NCBI GenBank assembly: GCA_019748135.1
Contig: JAIEPZ010000045.1
Coordinates: forward strand, 19,085-83,084
DNA from: Hyphomicrobiales bacterium
GTDB lineage: Bacteria; Pseudomonadota; Alphaproteobacteria; Rhizobiales; UBA4765
Reading direction: 5' to 3'
Length of the DNA stretch: 64,000 bases
Below the pieces are notes generated by a model. It saw nothing but the letters and a program-made list of their open reading frames with translations, searched no databases and was not told the DNA's origin. Position 1 is the first letter of the stretch, and every line of letters begins with the position of its first letter. This document shows, in pieces, positions 1 through 9,925 of this stretch. Made by a program: the position numbers and the translations under genes.

Positions 1-36
1 TCCACCCAACCGTCTGACCCTGACTACCATATCCCA

Positions 37-1044
37 CTATGATGCCCGATGTTTGCCGGACAGATGGCGGATGACCGACCAGCGCGACGTCATGGCCGTC
101 AACACCGTGACGATCAGGACCGTACCGACCACGCTGAGATAACCCCGCCATCCAAGATCGGCCGAACCAAACAGAAGGTCGATTTGCGCCTGCCCGGTGG
201 CATCGGAAAGGCTGCGGACGATAATGCCGGCAAACGAAAAAGCAACAAGCGACGCCACCCCGCCGATCAGCCCTCCTTCCAGTCCAAACCGCAGAAAACG
301 TAACTGGAATTCCCGTGCGATGAAACGATGGTCGGCGCCAACCAGTTGCAGCACCTCGAAGACATCACGGTTGGCTGCCATCGTGCCGCGCGTGGCAAAG
401 ACAATGGACAGCGCCGTTGCCACCAGAACCAGAATGACAACGCCGACACCAAGCCCCACCACCGCATCTGTCATCGCCGACAGCTTCTGGCGCCACAGAC
501 GATGATCATCAAGCGCGGCGCCGGGAACCGCCTGCTGGACGGTCTGGCGCAATTTCTCGACATCCAGTTTAAGCGAGCGCGCCGTTTCGATGACGATCAG
601 ACGCGGCACGGGCAGCGCTGACAATTCGATATCCTGCCCCAGCCATGGTTCGAGCAGGCGCTGGTTTTCGGCCCTGGTCAACACCCGGATGCGCTCGATC
701 CCGACCGTCCGCCGCACGATATCGGATAGCACGCCCAGATCCTTTTCGATGTCGACGCCCTGACGCGGGCGCAACTGAATGGTGATCTCGCGCGCAACTT
801 CGCTTTGCCACCCCTGGGCGGCATCGAGAACGATGCTCACGGCGCCAACAGCGAGGCATGACAAAAAGCACATGATGGCAAGGACCGCGATCAACGCCCG
901 CCCGGCGAGCGATTCCTGCGGAACGATCGGCGTCAACCGACGCCTGCTGAATGGTGACCACCATGCCATCGCGCGCGACAGCATACCGCGCGCGCGCACG
1001 GCCTTGGCCGCAGTCTTTGGTCGCTGGCGGGGTGGGGGCGCCAT
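37..1044 (-). CDS. ftsX: cell division ABC transporter permease FtsX
   Basis: ORF 37..1047(-) lies immediately downstream of ftsE and has FtsX-like membrane topology. The track start is TTG at 1047. The ATG at 1044 overlaps the ftsE stop as TGATG. Confidence 0.85.
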   Translation of the reverse strand: MAPPPRQRPKTAAKAVRARGMLSRAMAWWSPFSRRRLTPIVPQESLAGRALIAVLAIMCFLSCLAVGAVSIVLDAAQGWQSEVAREITIQLRPRQGVDIEKDLGVLSDIVRRTVGIERIRVLTRAENQRLLEPWLGQDIELSALPVPRLIVIETARSLKLDVEKLRQTVQQAVPGAALDDHRLWRQKLSAMTDAVVGLGVGVVILVLVATALSIVFATRGTMAANRDVFEVLQLVGADHRFIAREFQLRFLRFGLEGGLIGGVASLVAFSFAGIIVRSLSDATGQAQIDLLFGSADLGWRGYLSVVGTVLIVTVLTAMTSRWSVIRHLSGKHRAS

Positions 1045-1703
1045 CAATCGTAAATCGTCAACCGGCCTTCGGACAGAACCATGTGGCGTGCATTCACCTC
1101 CTGCAGAAGATTGAGATCGTGAGTGGCAATCAACACCGCCGTCCCCGAGCGGTTAAGTTCAACAAAGAGGCGCAGCAGCCGGTAAGCGAGGTCCGGATCG
1201 ACATTGCCCGATGGCTCGTCTGCGAGCAGGATTTCCGGCTTGGTGATCACCGCCCGCGCGATCGCCGCTCGTTGCTTTTCTCCGCCCGAGAGAACCGGCG
1301 GATAGGCATGAAGACGCTTGCCAAGGCCAACCCATTGCAACAGATCAACGACGTCAGCGCGGTAATCGCTCTCGAGCTTTCCCTGCACACGATAGGGAAG
1401 CGCCACGTTTTCATAGGTTGTCATGTGGTCGAGCAAACGGAAATCCTGGAACACCATGCCGATACGCCGACGGGTTGCAGCGATATCGTAGGCAGTTATC
1501 GTGGCAACATCCCGATCGAAAATGCGCGCCGCGCCGCGCGTTGGCCTGAGGGCCATAAACATGAGGCGCATGAGCGTGCTTTTGCCCGCGCCGGAAGGAC
1601 CGGTGAGAAACTGGAACGAATGCGGTTCAATGACAAAGCTGACGTCGTGAAGCACCTCAGGCCCCAGATCGTAGCGCAAGCCGACATTTTCAAAAACAAT
1701 CAA
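1044..1703 (-). CDS. ftsE: cell division ATP-binding protein FtsE
   Basis: Walker A GPSGAGKST, signature LSGGEKQR, and an MIVFENVGLRY N-terminus typical of FtsE. TTG start preceded by GGGGAG. Confidence 0.9.
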   Translation of the reverse strand: MIVFENVGLRYDLGPEVLHDVSFVIEPHSFQFLTGPSGAGKSTLMRLMFMALRPTRGAARIFDRDVATITAYDIAATRRRIGMVFQDFRLLDHMTTYENVALPYRVQGKLESDYRADVVDLLQWVGLGKRLHAYPPVLSGGEKQRAAIARAVITKPEILLADEPSGNVDPDLAYRLLRLFVELNRSGTAVLIATHDLNLLQEVNARHMVLSEGRLTIYD

Positions 1704-1877
1704 CCGCTGCGCTCCCCACTGGCACTATCATTGTCGCCACCGTTCCGGCGGCAACACCCGATCACACGCGATCAGACGAGCCCATATATCTGTTCCACGC
1801 CCAACGTGGTTTCCAAACCTTTAACGCTTGGCCGCTAGGCTTGCATCACGTTAAACGGAAGCAGCCTCGATTCTCCC

Positions 1878-2648
1878 ATGCGCATTGTCTGTCCCGATTG
1901 CCAATCTGCCTATGACATCAAAGCTGCCATGCTTGGTGACAAGGGCCGTATGGTCAAATGCGCTGACTGTAGCAACAAATGGTTTCAGGCGCCGCTGCCC
2001 GAGCCCGCACCTGCCGTCGAGATGCCGGAGGAAAGCGACCCTTGGGCCGAAGTTGCCGAGGAGGACGCTGCAAATGCCGCCGCCATGACGTCACAAGCCA
2101 GCGAACAACCCTTGCCCGCCGATCAGGTGCAGGAGGACATGGTCGCGGGTCCACGGCTGCTGAAAACGGGCGGAAAAGCGCGAAAAAAATTACGAAAATT
2201 CCCCCTGTCCCCACCTCTGGCAGCCTTTGCGGCGCTATTGGCGGTCATGGTGCTCGCCGTCGCTCTGCGTACACCCTTGGTCAGAATGCAGCCTAATCTT
2301 GCCGGCTTGTTCGCCGCGATCGGCCTGCCGGTCAACACGCGTGGCCTGGCGATTGAGGCGGTCGTGCCAGCGCTTGATACCGAGCATGGTCGGCGCACGC
2401 TTTCAGTATCGGGGACAATCCGTAATCTGACGCGCAGCAGCCTTGATATCCCCGAGATGCGTCTGGCCATCCTTGATGCAAGCGGCAAGGAAGTCGCGGT
2501 CCTGGCTGCCGCTCCGCCGCAACCGCGCCTTGACGCCGGCGCCACCATTCCCTTCTCGACCAGACTTGCGATGCCGGCCAGCGCCGCCCAGCGCTTCGAA
2601 CTGCGCTTTGCCCGCGCTGCATCGGCACCACAGGCGTCAACCCCTTAA
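1878..2648 (+). CDS. MJ0042-type zinc-ribbon domain membrane protein
   Basis: N-terminal CPDC..(N)..CADC zinc ribbon (MRIVCPDCQSAYDI...VKCADCSNKWF), an acidic linker and one TM segment. Its position next to ftsEX is conserved in Rhizobiales (from memory). Confidence 0.8.
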   Translation: MRIVCPDCQSAYDIKAAMLGDKGRMVKCADCSNKWFQAPLPEPAPAVEMPEESDPWAEVAEEDAANAAAMTSQASEQPLPADQVQEDMVAGPRLLKTGGKARKKLRKFPLSPPLAAFAALLAVMVLAVALRTPLVRMQPNLAGLFAAIGLPVNTRGLAIEAVVPALDTEHGRRTLSVSGTIRNLTRSSLDIPEMRLAILDASGKEVAVLAAAPPQPRLDAGATIPFSTRLAMPASAAQRFELRFARAASAPQASTP

Positions 2649-2760
2649 AATCACAATGAATTAACGTAAATGAGCTGACCTCATCGCAATATTGCCACAC
2701 CATCCAACTACGATCTTCAGTCACTGTTTTATCGACCTGCTAGCAACGGAGTAGAAGTCC

Positions 2761-3153
2761 ATGGCGCGCGTCCTCCTGGCCGAAGATGATGACGGAGCAA
2801 GAACCCAGCTGAAACGCGCCCTGACAAAAGATGGCCACGACGTCGTCGACGCCAGCGATGGCGGTGAGGCGCTGAGCGCGCTCCAGGCCGCCCCTGCCAG
2901 TTTTGATCTGTTACTGGCCGACATCAAGATGCCGGTGATGGACGGCATCGCCCTTGCCCTTGCTGCCGTCCGCGACGCGCCTGATCTGCCGATTATCCTG
3001 ATGAGCGGCTATGCTGACCAGCGCGCGCGCGCGAGCAATCTCAGCACTCTGGTGCGCGACGTGATCACCAAGCCCTTCACCCTGGCTGAACTGCGCGGGA
3101 GCATCGCCCGGGCTCTGGCGCCAAGCCATTCACCTGACACCATTGCCAATTAA
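2761..3153 (+). CDS. cpdR: single-domain response regulator receiver (CpdR-like)
   Basis: 130-aa CheY-like receiver (LLAEDDD...LLLADIKMPVMDG...KPF) with no output domain. Sequence and locus resemble CpdR of Rhizobiales. Confidence 0.7.
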   Translation: MARVLLAEDDDGARTQLKRALTKDGHDVVDASDGGEALSALQAAPASFDLLLADIKMPVMDGIALALAAVRDAPDLPIILMSGYADQRARASNLSTLVRDVITKPFTLAELRGSIARALAPSHSPDTIAN

Positions 3154-3165
3154 GGGCTGTCGCGG

Positions 3166-5781
3166 TCAGAACGGTCGCAGCAATCGCTCCAGATAGTCGC
3201 GCTCGACCTGAGAGCGATTGGGATCAGCGAGCCGACGCCGCACATCCTTGAGAATTTCCTGGATGCGCTGACCATCCGGCCCTGGAATGCGCACGCCTGA
3301 TTCCTGAAGACCATCATGGTTGTCGCGATTGGGGTCGCGCCCCAGCGGGTCGGAGTTCTGATTTCCCCGCCCATCGGCGCGCGCCTGGGGGTTGCCCGGA
3401 TCGCCATCCGGGCCGCCTTCACCTTGCCCCAGCATTTCCCGCGCCAGCTGATTGGCGCCGCGCCGCAGATTTTCCAGCGCCTTGTTTTGCGGCGGCAGGG
3501 CTTCGGCTGCCCGTCCCTGCCCTAACTCGCCTTCCGCCTGGCCCATCTGCCCATCGGCCTGCCCGAAAGGCGGACCGGGATCATGTCCACCCTCGCGCAA
3601 CTGGTCGATGAAGCGTTGCAGGCGGTCGCGCAAGGCCTGCTGGTTCTCCTGCAGGCCACCCAAGCCCTGCTCCTGCCCCGACTCGCCATTCTCGCCGGGC
3701 TGTTCGCCTGGCTGTCCGGGACGCTGCTGACCGCCCGGCCTCTGTTGCCCCGGGCGTTGCTGGCCACCCGGCTGGCGGCGAGTGCGCTGGCGCTCCCGAA
3801 ACGTCTGATCGAGTAATTTCTGCTGCTCACGGATGATATCGCCAAGTTCCTGCAGCAATTGCTCATCGCCGCCGGGATTCTCATCCGCAAATTGCGGGCG
3901 GGCATTGCGCAGCGCGTTCAGCAAGTCCCGCAATTGCGCCATCCGCTCCTGCGCTTCCTGATGACGCCCCTGGCGCAGAAGACTTTCGATCTCGCGTAAC
4001 AGCTTGTCGATATCCTGCTGGGATATAACGCGCTCTTCGCCCGTTCGGGGCGGCTGCTGGCGACCCTCGCGCCGATCCTGAAAGGCGCGCTCGGCCAGTT
4101 CCCGCATCAGGTCCTGCATCGCCTGGCGCAGATCGCGCATGATATCGCGCAGTTCCTGCTCGTTTGCACCACGCTCCAGTGCCTGTTCGAGCCGCTCCTG
4201 CGCTTGCCGCAGCGCCCGTTCGGCCGGCGACAGATCGCCATCCTCGATGAGAACGGCAACCTCCCACATCGCCTCAACGACCGCGCGCAGCTCATCATCA
4301 TCGCGCGCCTGGATCAGACGATGATACAGGCTGCGCAGCGACAGATATGTCTTTTCCTCGACGACCCGGCGCTCGGGATCGATCACCAGCGCATCAATGA
4401 CCAGGGCGGCATGCTCGCGCTGATGGGCGTCCTGGGCCAGTAACCGCCGCTGCTCGACCAGCACGCGAGCAATCGGCTTGGTAAAACGGCGCTGGGGCAA
4501 TTCGATGGTGAGCGTCTGCGAGCGGCCTTCCTGGCCGATATCATCGCGCGCTACCAGCGTCATGCGGGCCAACCCGCCGGCCCACGGATGAGTGGTGAGA
4601 TCGCGGGTCAGTGTGGTGCCGGGATTGTGTCCGCGCGTGCCACCAATCGCGAGCGGCAATTCAGGCGGCTCGACCAGCGGTCGCGGCGCAGGCGGCTTCG
4701 TGTAAGCGAAGGTGCGCGCGGATGCGGGGGGATCGATCGGCTTGAACTCGGCGAAGGCCTGCGCCACGCCGTAATCATCATCGCTGCGATAGCGCAACCT
4801 GAGCGCCCCGCTTGGCGTCTTCTGCACCGGGCCGTCAAAGCTGATCGACGGCGCCCGGTCGGGATCAACCGCAATCTTCCATTGCCGCAACTGCAGCCCG
4901 TCACGCGCAAGATTGATCACGCCATCCAGATCAAGCGTCGCCCGGAAGGCCCGCGCCTGGCTGCCAAGCGTCGCCTCCGCTTCGCCGCTGGCCGCAACGC
5001 CATTATAGGTCAACGCAATACCCTCGCCACGATCACTGCGCAGCGTCAGGATACTGCCCGCCGGGACGCGCAAGGCGCCCTCTTGCGCCCGTTTGTCAAC
5101 CGCAAGAAACACCGTCGGGCGCCCGGTATAGGCTGGCGGCGTAATCCATGCGTCAATACGCGCAGGCGGCGTTGCGACCCCGCTGGCCGTAAACACCAGC
5201 CTGACCCGCTGCCAGGCACCAGGGCCCGCAAAGACCAGACCGACAATCAACGCAAGGAACATCGCCGCGCGCAGCTGGAAGGGGTCATAACGCGCCATGT
5301 CAGGGCGCGGACGCTCCACCCTGATGAGGGCTGCGCGCGCCAATTCGCGGCGCCGATGCGCCTGCCACAGACCGCGCGTCGTCGCATCATCGCTGGAGGC
5401 GGGCAGAGTGTCATAGAGGGCACCGAGCGGGCGATGCACAAGACCGCCGCTGCGATCAAGCCGGTCAATAGCTTCCTGTCGTCCCGGCATCGTAAGCTGC
5501 GCCAGAGGCGCCAGGCTGGCCAGGAACGCCGCGCCAATCACGCACAAGCCGGCAAACCGGCCATTTCCATCGACCAGGCCCCAGATGCCGAACCATGACA
5601 GGCAGAGGAACAGACCAGCGACCATCGCCGGCCACACGAGTGCAGGCCATGCCCGCTCCCACAGCAGAACATAGCGTGATAAAAGGATACGCTTCTCAAG
5701 CTGCTCGGCGATCCGGCGGCTGGCCGGATCATCAGGGAAGTGCTGGTCGCTCGCGTCCGCCTTGCTCATTCTCAGGTCCAC
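3166..5781 (-). CDS. TIGR02302/DUF4175 family large membrane protein
   Basis: 871 aa with N-terminal TM helices, a long charged coiled-coil region and a Q/P/G-rich tract. This resembles the conserved alphaproteobacterial protein of unknown function. Confidence 0.75.
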   Translation of the reverse strand: MDLRMSKADASDQHFPDDPASRRIAEQLEKRILLSRYVLLWERAWPALVWPAMVAGLFLCLSWFGIWGLVDGNGRFAGLCVIGAAFLASLAPLAQLTMPGRQEAIDRLDRSGGLVHRPLGALYDTLPASSDDATTRGLWQAHRRRELARAALIRVERPRPDMARYDPFQLRAAMFLALIVGLVFAGPGAWQRVRLVFTASGVATPPARIDAWITPPAYTGRPTVFLAVDKRAQEGALRVPAGSILTLRSDRGEGIALTYNGVAASGEAEATLGSQARAFRATLDLDGVINLARDGLQLRQWKIAVDPDRAPSISFDGPVQKTPSGALRLRYRSDDDYGVAQAFAEFKPIDPPASARTFAYTKPPAPRPLVEPPELPLAIGGTRGHNPGTTLTRDLTTHPWAGGLARMTLVARDDIGQEGRSQTLTIELPQRRFTKPIARVLVEQRRLLAQDAHQREHAALVIDALVIDPERRVVEEKTYLSLRSLYHRLIQARDDDELRAVVEAMWEVAVLIEDGDLSPAERALRQAQERLEQALERGANEQELRDIMRDLRQAMQDLMRELAERAFQDRREGRQQPPRTGEERVISQQDIDKLLREIESLLRQGRHQEAQERMAQLRDLLNALRNARPQFADENPGGDEQLLQELGDIIREQQKLLDQTFRERQRTRRQPGGQQRPGQQRPGGQQRPGQPGEQPGENGESGQEQGLGGLQENQQALRDRLQRFIDQLREGGHDPGPPFGQADGQMGQAEGELGQGRAAEALPPQNKALENLRRGANQLAREMLGQGEGGPDGDPGNPQARADGRGNQNSDPLGRDPNRDNHDGLQESGVRIPGPDGQRIQEILKDVRRRLADPNRSQVERDYLERLLRPF

Positions 5782-5879
5782 TTCGCTTGGAACCGGCGCC
5801 GGCGGTAATCAGCCGCCCGATCACACAGCCTAGGACGCAATTGCGTTCTCTCCAAGCCCTGACGCTGCCTGGAGAATGA

Positions 5880-7160
5880 TCAACCCTCGGTGAGCCAGGG
5901 CGCCAGGCGATCAAGCCCGATCAATTCCTCGTAGGTCTGCCGTGGCCGGACCACCGCGTAACGCGGGCCATCGACAAGGATTTCGGGCACAAGCAGACGC
6001 TGATTATAGGTCGACGACATCGATGCGCCATAGGCGCCCGCACTCATGAAGGCAACAAAAGTGCCGATTGCAAGAGGTGGCAGCAGGCGTTGCACGGCAA
6101 AACTGTCGCTTGATTCGCAGATCGGCCCGACCACGTCATAGGGCTGCAGGGCCGCATCGCTGTGCTGTTGCAGCGGCCAGATATCATGATGAGCATCATA
6201 CATGGCAGGGCGCACCAGATCGTTCATGCCGGCATCCAGCACAACGAAAATGCGCTCGGCACGGACATTGAGCGCCACCACGCGCGCAAGCAGGATTCCG
6301 GCATTGGCGATGATCACCCGTCCCGGCTCGAAACCGAGATGAACGTCAAGGCCGGCAGTGACGCGGCGCACCATCGCCGCATAGGCTTTCACCCGCCCCT
6401 CATCCTCGCTGCCCGCCTCTCGTGCATCATAATGAACGCCAAGCCCTCCCCCAAGATCAAGATGGGTGACATTGTAGCCGGCCGCCCGCGCCGCACGCAC
6501 GAGTTCAACCAGGCGGCCGAACGCCTCCTCAGGCTGGTCGAGATCAAAAATCTGGCTGCCGATATGGACCGCAAAGCCGCGCATGAGAATGCCGGGCAGG
6601 CGGGTGCCTTCGCCGTAAAGACGCAAGGCATCGGCATGGCTGATCCCGAATTTATTGCTCTCATCGCCCGTCGTGATCTTGGCGTGAGCGCCAGCCCCGA
6701 TCGCCGGATTGATCCGCAGCACCGTGTTAACCGTGCGCCCGAGCGCACTGGCAATGGCCGACAGGCGATAGAGCTCACCTGGCGTCTCGACATTGATCTG
6801 CTGAATGTTGCGCGACACCGCATAATGCAGCTCGCCATCACTCTTGCCAACCCCCGAAAAGACGATCCGCTCGGCTGGAACCCCGGCAGCCAGAGCCTTG
6901 CGGATTTCACCTTCGGAAACCACGTCGACGCCGCCCCCCAGCCGCGCCACCGTGCGCAGGACGGAGAGATTGCCATTGGCCTTCATCGCATAGAAAATAT
7001 CAACCGGCAGCGGCGCGAAGGCCGCTCGGAAGACGCGCATATGACGCTCCAGCGTCGCGCTGGAGTAGACATAGGCGGGCGTTCCGGTGTCCGCCACCAG
7101 CCGTGCAAGATCGACGTCCTCGGCGTGAAGGATGCCATTTCGATAGTGAAAATGATGCAT
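5880..7160 (-). CDS. lysA: diaminopimelate decarboxylase
   Basis: 426-aa PLP-dependent Orn/DAP/Arg decarboxylase fold (YAMKAN, GGGLG motifs), with LysA-like length and ends. Confidence 0.92.
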   Translation of the reverse strand: MHHFHYRNGILHAEDVDLARLVADTGTPAYVYSSATLERHMRVFRAAFAPLPVDIFYAMKANGNLSVLRTVARLGGGVDVVSEGEIRKALAAGVPAERIVFSGVGKSDGELHYAVSRNIQQINVETPGELYRLSAIASALGRTVNTVLRINPAIGAGAHAKITTGDESNKFGISHADALRLYGEGTRLPGILMRGFAVHIGSQIFDLDQPEEAFGRLVELVRAARAAGYNVTHLDLGGGLGVHYDAREAGSEDEGRVKAYAAMVRRVTAGLDVHLGFEPGRVIIANAGILLARVVALNVRAERIFVVLDAGMNDLVRPAMYDAHHDIWPLQQHSDAALQPYDVVGPICESSDSFAVQRLLPPLAIGTFVAFMSAGAYGASMSSTYNQRLLVPEILVDGPRYAVVRPRQTYEELIGLDRLAPWLTEG

Positions 7161-7249
7161 GAACCTGCCCGTTTGTGTGAGCGTTAATCGGCTGCCGCGT
7201 CAGTCGTGCAGGTCGCGGCAAACGACATCACGGTGAGCGGGCAACGATC

Positions 7250-7518
7250 CTAGGGTCAGGACCCATTAATTTGGACGAAACGGTGGGAGAGAAATGGCGC
7301 GAGGTTGAGGAGCAAGCCTGCAGGAAGTCGTCTGACTTTCAAAGGCTTGCGACATAAAGATCGCGTCATTTCACCCCATCCGAAGGACAAGGCACGAATG
7401 GCAAACTGGTTCGTCGAAGCCCTCAACCATACCAAGGGGTATGCTTTTCGGGCTTCTCCTGCCATTTTATCCATTCGTGCCATGCCGTTTTGCCTAAATT
7501 AATCGGTCCTGACCCTAG
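7250..7518. mobile_element. MITE-like nonautonomous element with 23-nt terminal inverted repeats
   Basis: CTAGGGTCAGGACCCATTAATTT (7250-7272) matches AAATTAATCGGTCCTGACCCTAG (7496-7518) at 22/23 as an inverted repeat. Both termini carry CTAG, and the interior is about 50% GC by hand count with further internal inverted repeats. Confidence 0.55.
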
Positions 7519-7751
7519 TTGAGAATGACGTCAATGGGCAGGGATCTGAGCGGCGGCACCGCTTGCCGGCTGCTTTCGGGTTCAATCACTTTACCATTCG
7601 CGTCACGCGGCGGATCGATCGCCTTGCGGCCTTCCTCGTTCCAGGGCGTGACCTGATCGAGGCTGACGGGATACTCAATCGGGCTCTTCTTGCCGCAGGC
7701 GGAAACGGCAAGGGCCAGACACAGGGCCAGAGCAAGGCGGCTCGCAGACAA
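7515..7751 (-). CDS. small lipoprotein (LptM/YifL-like)
   Basis: Signal peptide plus lipobox LAVSAC followed by GKKSP. A small lipoprotein between argH and lysA is conserved in proteobacteria. The stop codon TAG lies inside the terminal repeat of the adjacent element. Confidence 0.65.
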   Translation of the reverse strand: MSASRLALALCLALAVSACGKKSPIEYPVSLDQVTPWNEEGRKAIDPPRDANGKVIEPESSRQAVPPLRSLPIDVILN

Positions 7752-7798
7752 GGTGACGTCTCCCTAAGGACAATGGGCTCGTTTACACCATCGCGCCT

Positions 7799-9199
7799 TC
7801 ACTTACCAACCCCTGACGAGCGGGCAAGCGAATTAAGCCATCGGCGTGCCGCCCGCCGCACATTGGCTGGCGCCGTGCCACCTTCCGACACCCGGCTTCT
7901 GACGGACGCCGATGGCGAAAGAACGGCAAGCACATCAGCCGTAATCGCCCCGTGCTCGGCCTGCATAGCGGCAAGCGGCACGCGATGCAGCGGCACGCCC
8001 GCCGCGACCGCGCGCGCGACAATGCGCCCCGTCACATGATGCGCCTCGCGAAACGGCAGACCAAGCGTGCGCACCAGCCAGTCGGCAAGATCGGTTGCGG
8101 TGGAATAGCCGGCACCGGCGGCCTTTTTCATCGCCGCTTCGTTGAACGTCGCTTCGCTCAGCATGCCGGTCATCGCCGCAATACACAGTGACAGGCTGGG
8201 GAGAGCATCAAACAGCGGCTCCTTGTCCTCCTGCATGTCCTTGCCATAGGTGAGCGGCAACCCCTTCATCACGGTCAGCAGCGCGATCAGCGCCCCGTTG
8301 ATGCGCCCCGTCTTGCCGCGCACCAGCTCGGCTGCATCCGGATTCTTCTTCTGCGGCATGATGGAGGAGCCGGAGGAATAGGAATCGGACATGGTGAGAA
8401 AGCCGAAAAAGGGCGTCGTCCAGATCACCATCTCCTCGGCAAAGCGCGACAGATGCATGGCGGCAATGGCGGCAGCTGCCAGCACCTCGATGGCATAATC
8501 ACGATCAGACACCGCATCGAGCGAATTGCGCATCGGCCGGGCAAAGCCCAATGCCTTTGCGGTCATCTGACGATCGATGGGAAACGAGGTGCCGGCAAGG
8601 GCCGCCGCGCCCAAGGGCGATTCATTGAGGCGCGCGCGCGCATCGGCAAAGCGGCTGCGGTCACGTCCCGCCATCTCGACATAGGCCAGCAGATGATGGC
8701 CAAGCGTCACCGGTTGGGCTGTCTGAAGATGGGTGAAACCGGGCATGACGCTGCCCGCATGCGCTAACGCCAGCTTCGCCAGAACCTCCATGTAAGATTT
8801 GAGCTGTGCGTCGATATCGTCCACCGCATCACGGACCCACAGCCGCACATCGGTTGCCACCTGATCATTGCGCGAGCGTGCCGTGTGCAAGCGCTTTGCC
8901 GGCTCGCCGATGAGCTCGGCAAGGCGACTCTCGACATTCATGTGGATGTCTTCAAGCGCGCGCGAGAATGTGAATGTGCCTTGATCGATCTCGCTCTTGA
9001 CCTGATCGAGCCCGTGGTCAATGGCTGCGCGGTCGGCAGCCGAAATGATGCCGGTTTGCGCCAGCATCGCCGCATGTGCCTTGGACCCGGCGATATCCTG
9101 GGTGTAGAGCTTCTTGTCGAAGTCGATGGAGGCGTTGATTTCCTCCATGATGGCAGCCGGACCGGCGGAAAAACGTCCGCCCCACATCTTGTTGCTCAT
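7799..9199 (-). CDS. argH: argininosuccinate lyase
   Basis: 466 aa with MWGGRFS N-terminus and the fumarate-lyase signature [12 protein letters not shown]. Confidence 0.95.
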   Translation of the reverse strand: MSNKMWGGRFSAGPAAIMEEINASIDFDKKLYTQDIAGSKAHAAMLAQTGIISAADRAAIDHGLDQVKSEIDQGTFTFSRALEDIHMNVESRLAELIGEPAKRLHTARSRNDQVATDVRLWVRDAVDDIDAQLKSYMEVLAKLALAHAGSVMPGFTHLQTAQPVTLGHHLLAYVEMAGRDRSRFADARARLNESPLGAAALAGTSFPIDRQMTAKALGFARPMRNSLDAVSDRDYAIEVLAAAAIAAMHLSRFAEEMVIWTTPFFGFLTMSDSYSSGSSIMPQKKNPDAAELVRGKTGRINGALIALLTVMKGLPLTYGKDMQEDKEPLFDALPSLSLCIAAMTGMLSEATFNEAAMKKAAGAGYSTATDLADWLVRTLGLPFREAHHVTGRIVARAVAAGVPLHRVPLAAMQAEHGAITADVLAVLSPSASVRSRVSEGGTAPANVRRAARRWLNSLARSSGVGK

Positions 9200-9257
9200 G
9201 CGTATCGGTTCCTGACGGCGCGCGGTTTGGGACAGAAGAGAAAAAGGGAAGGGTCAA

Positions 9258-9914
9258 GTGGCAAGTCAGCAAAACAACCGGAGGCTGTTGGTTGGCGCCC
9301 TCCTGTCGGCGTTCGGCCTGTTTGCAAGCATTGGCGCCGTATACGGGATCAGCGGGCTTTCTGGCAACAGCCCAGCAGCCGGCGAATGCGCGCTCGCCAC
9401 CGCCAATGCCGAGACACTGGCGCCGCTGGCCATCGGCGACGTCGCCGCCTTCCGCGTCGAGAAGAAGCCGGTGATCGCGCCCGATTTTACCTTCCGCGAC
9501 GGCGAGGGCAATGAACGCCGCGTCGCTGATTTCAAGGGTCGCACCATCCTTCTGAATTTGTGGGCGATCTGGTGCGCGCCCTGCCGCCATGAAATGCCGG
9601 CGCTCGATGCCCTGCAGGCCAATCTCGGCAGCAAGGCGTTTGAGGTGGTCGCCGTCTCCATTGATCTCGGCAGCCCGGAAAAGCCGCGTCAGTTTCTGTC
9701 TGAAATCGGCGCCAAATCGCTTGCCTTCTATCACGATCCGACCGGCAAAGCCTTCTTTACACTGCGCGCCGCGGGCCGCGCCATCGGCATGCCGGCGACA
9801 CTCATTATCAACACCGAGGGCTGCGTCGTCGGGCACATGCTGGGGGCTGCCAACTGGTCGTCGAATGACGCCGTCAAGCTGATCCTCGCCGCGCAGCGGA
9901 CGCAGACTCAATAG
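9258..9914 (+). CDS. tlpA: thiol:disulfide oxidoreductase, TlpA-like thioredoxin family
   Basis: N-terminal membrane anchor and WCAPC active site. GTG start follows AAGGGAAGGG. Divergent from argH, as in Bradyrhizobium and other rhizobia. Confidence 0.8.
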   Translation: MASQQNNRRLLVGALLSAFGLFASIGAVYGISGLSGNSPAAGECALATANAETLAPLAIGDVAAFRVEKKPVIAPDFTFRDGEGNERRVADFKGRTILLNLWAIWCAPCRHEMPALDALQANLGSKAFEVVAVSIDLGSPEKPRQFLSEIGAKSLAFYHDPTGKAFFTLRAAGRAIGMPATLIINTEGCVVGHMLGAANWSSNDAVKLILAAQRTQTQ

Positions 9915-9925
9915 GTGGCGCAATC

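Noticed and set aside
2649-2760. CtrA box (TTAA-N7-TTAA) upstream of the cpdR-like gene
   Set aside because: Only a single TTAA half-site with the right context (GAATTAACGTAAATGAGC) is present, and no second TTAA lies at N7 spacing.
7256-7502. 75-aa (-) and 65-aa (+) ORFs inside the MITE-like element
   Set aside because: They overlap each other on opposite strands inside a ~50% GC inverted-repeat element. They have no SD and no family resemblance, so the region is better explained as noncoding.
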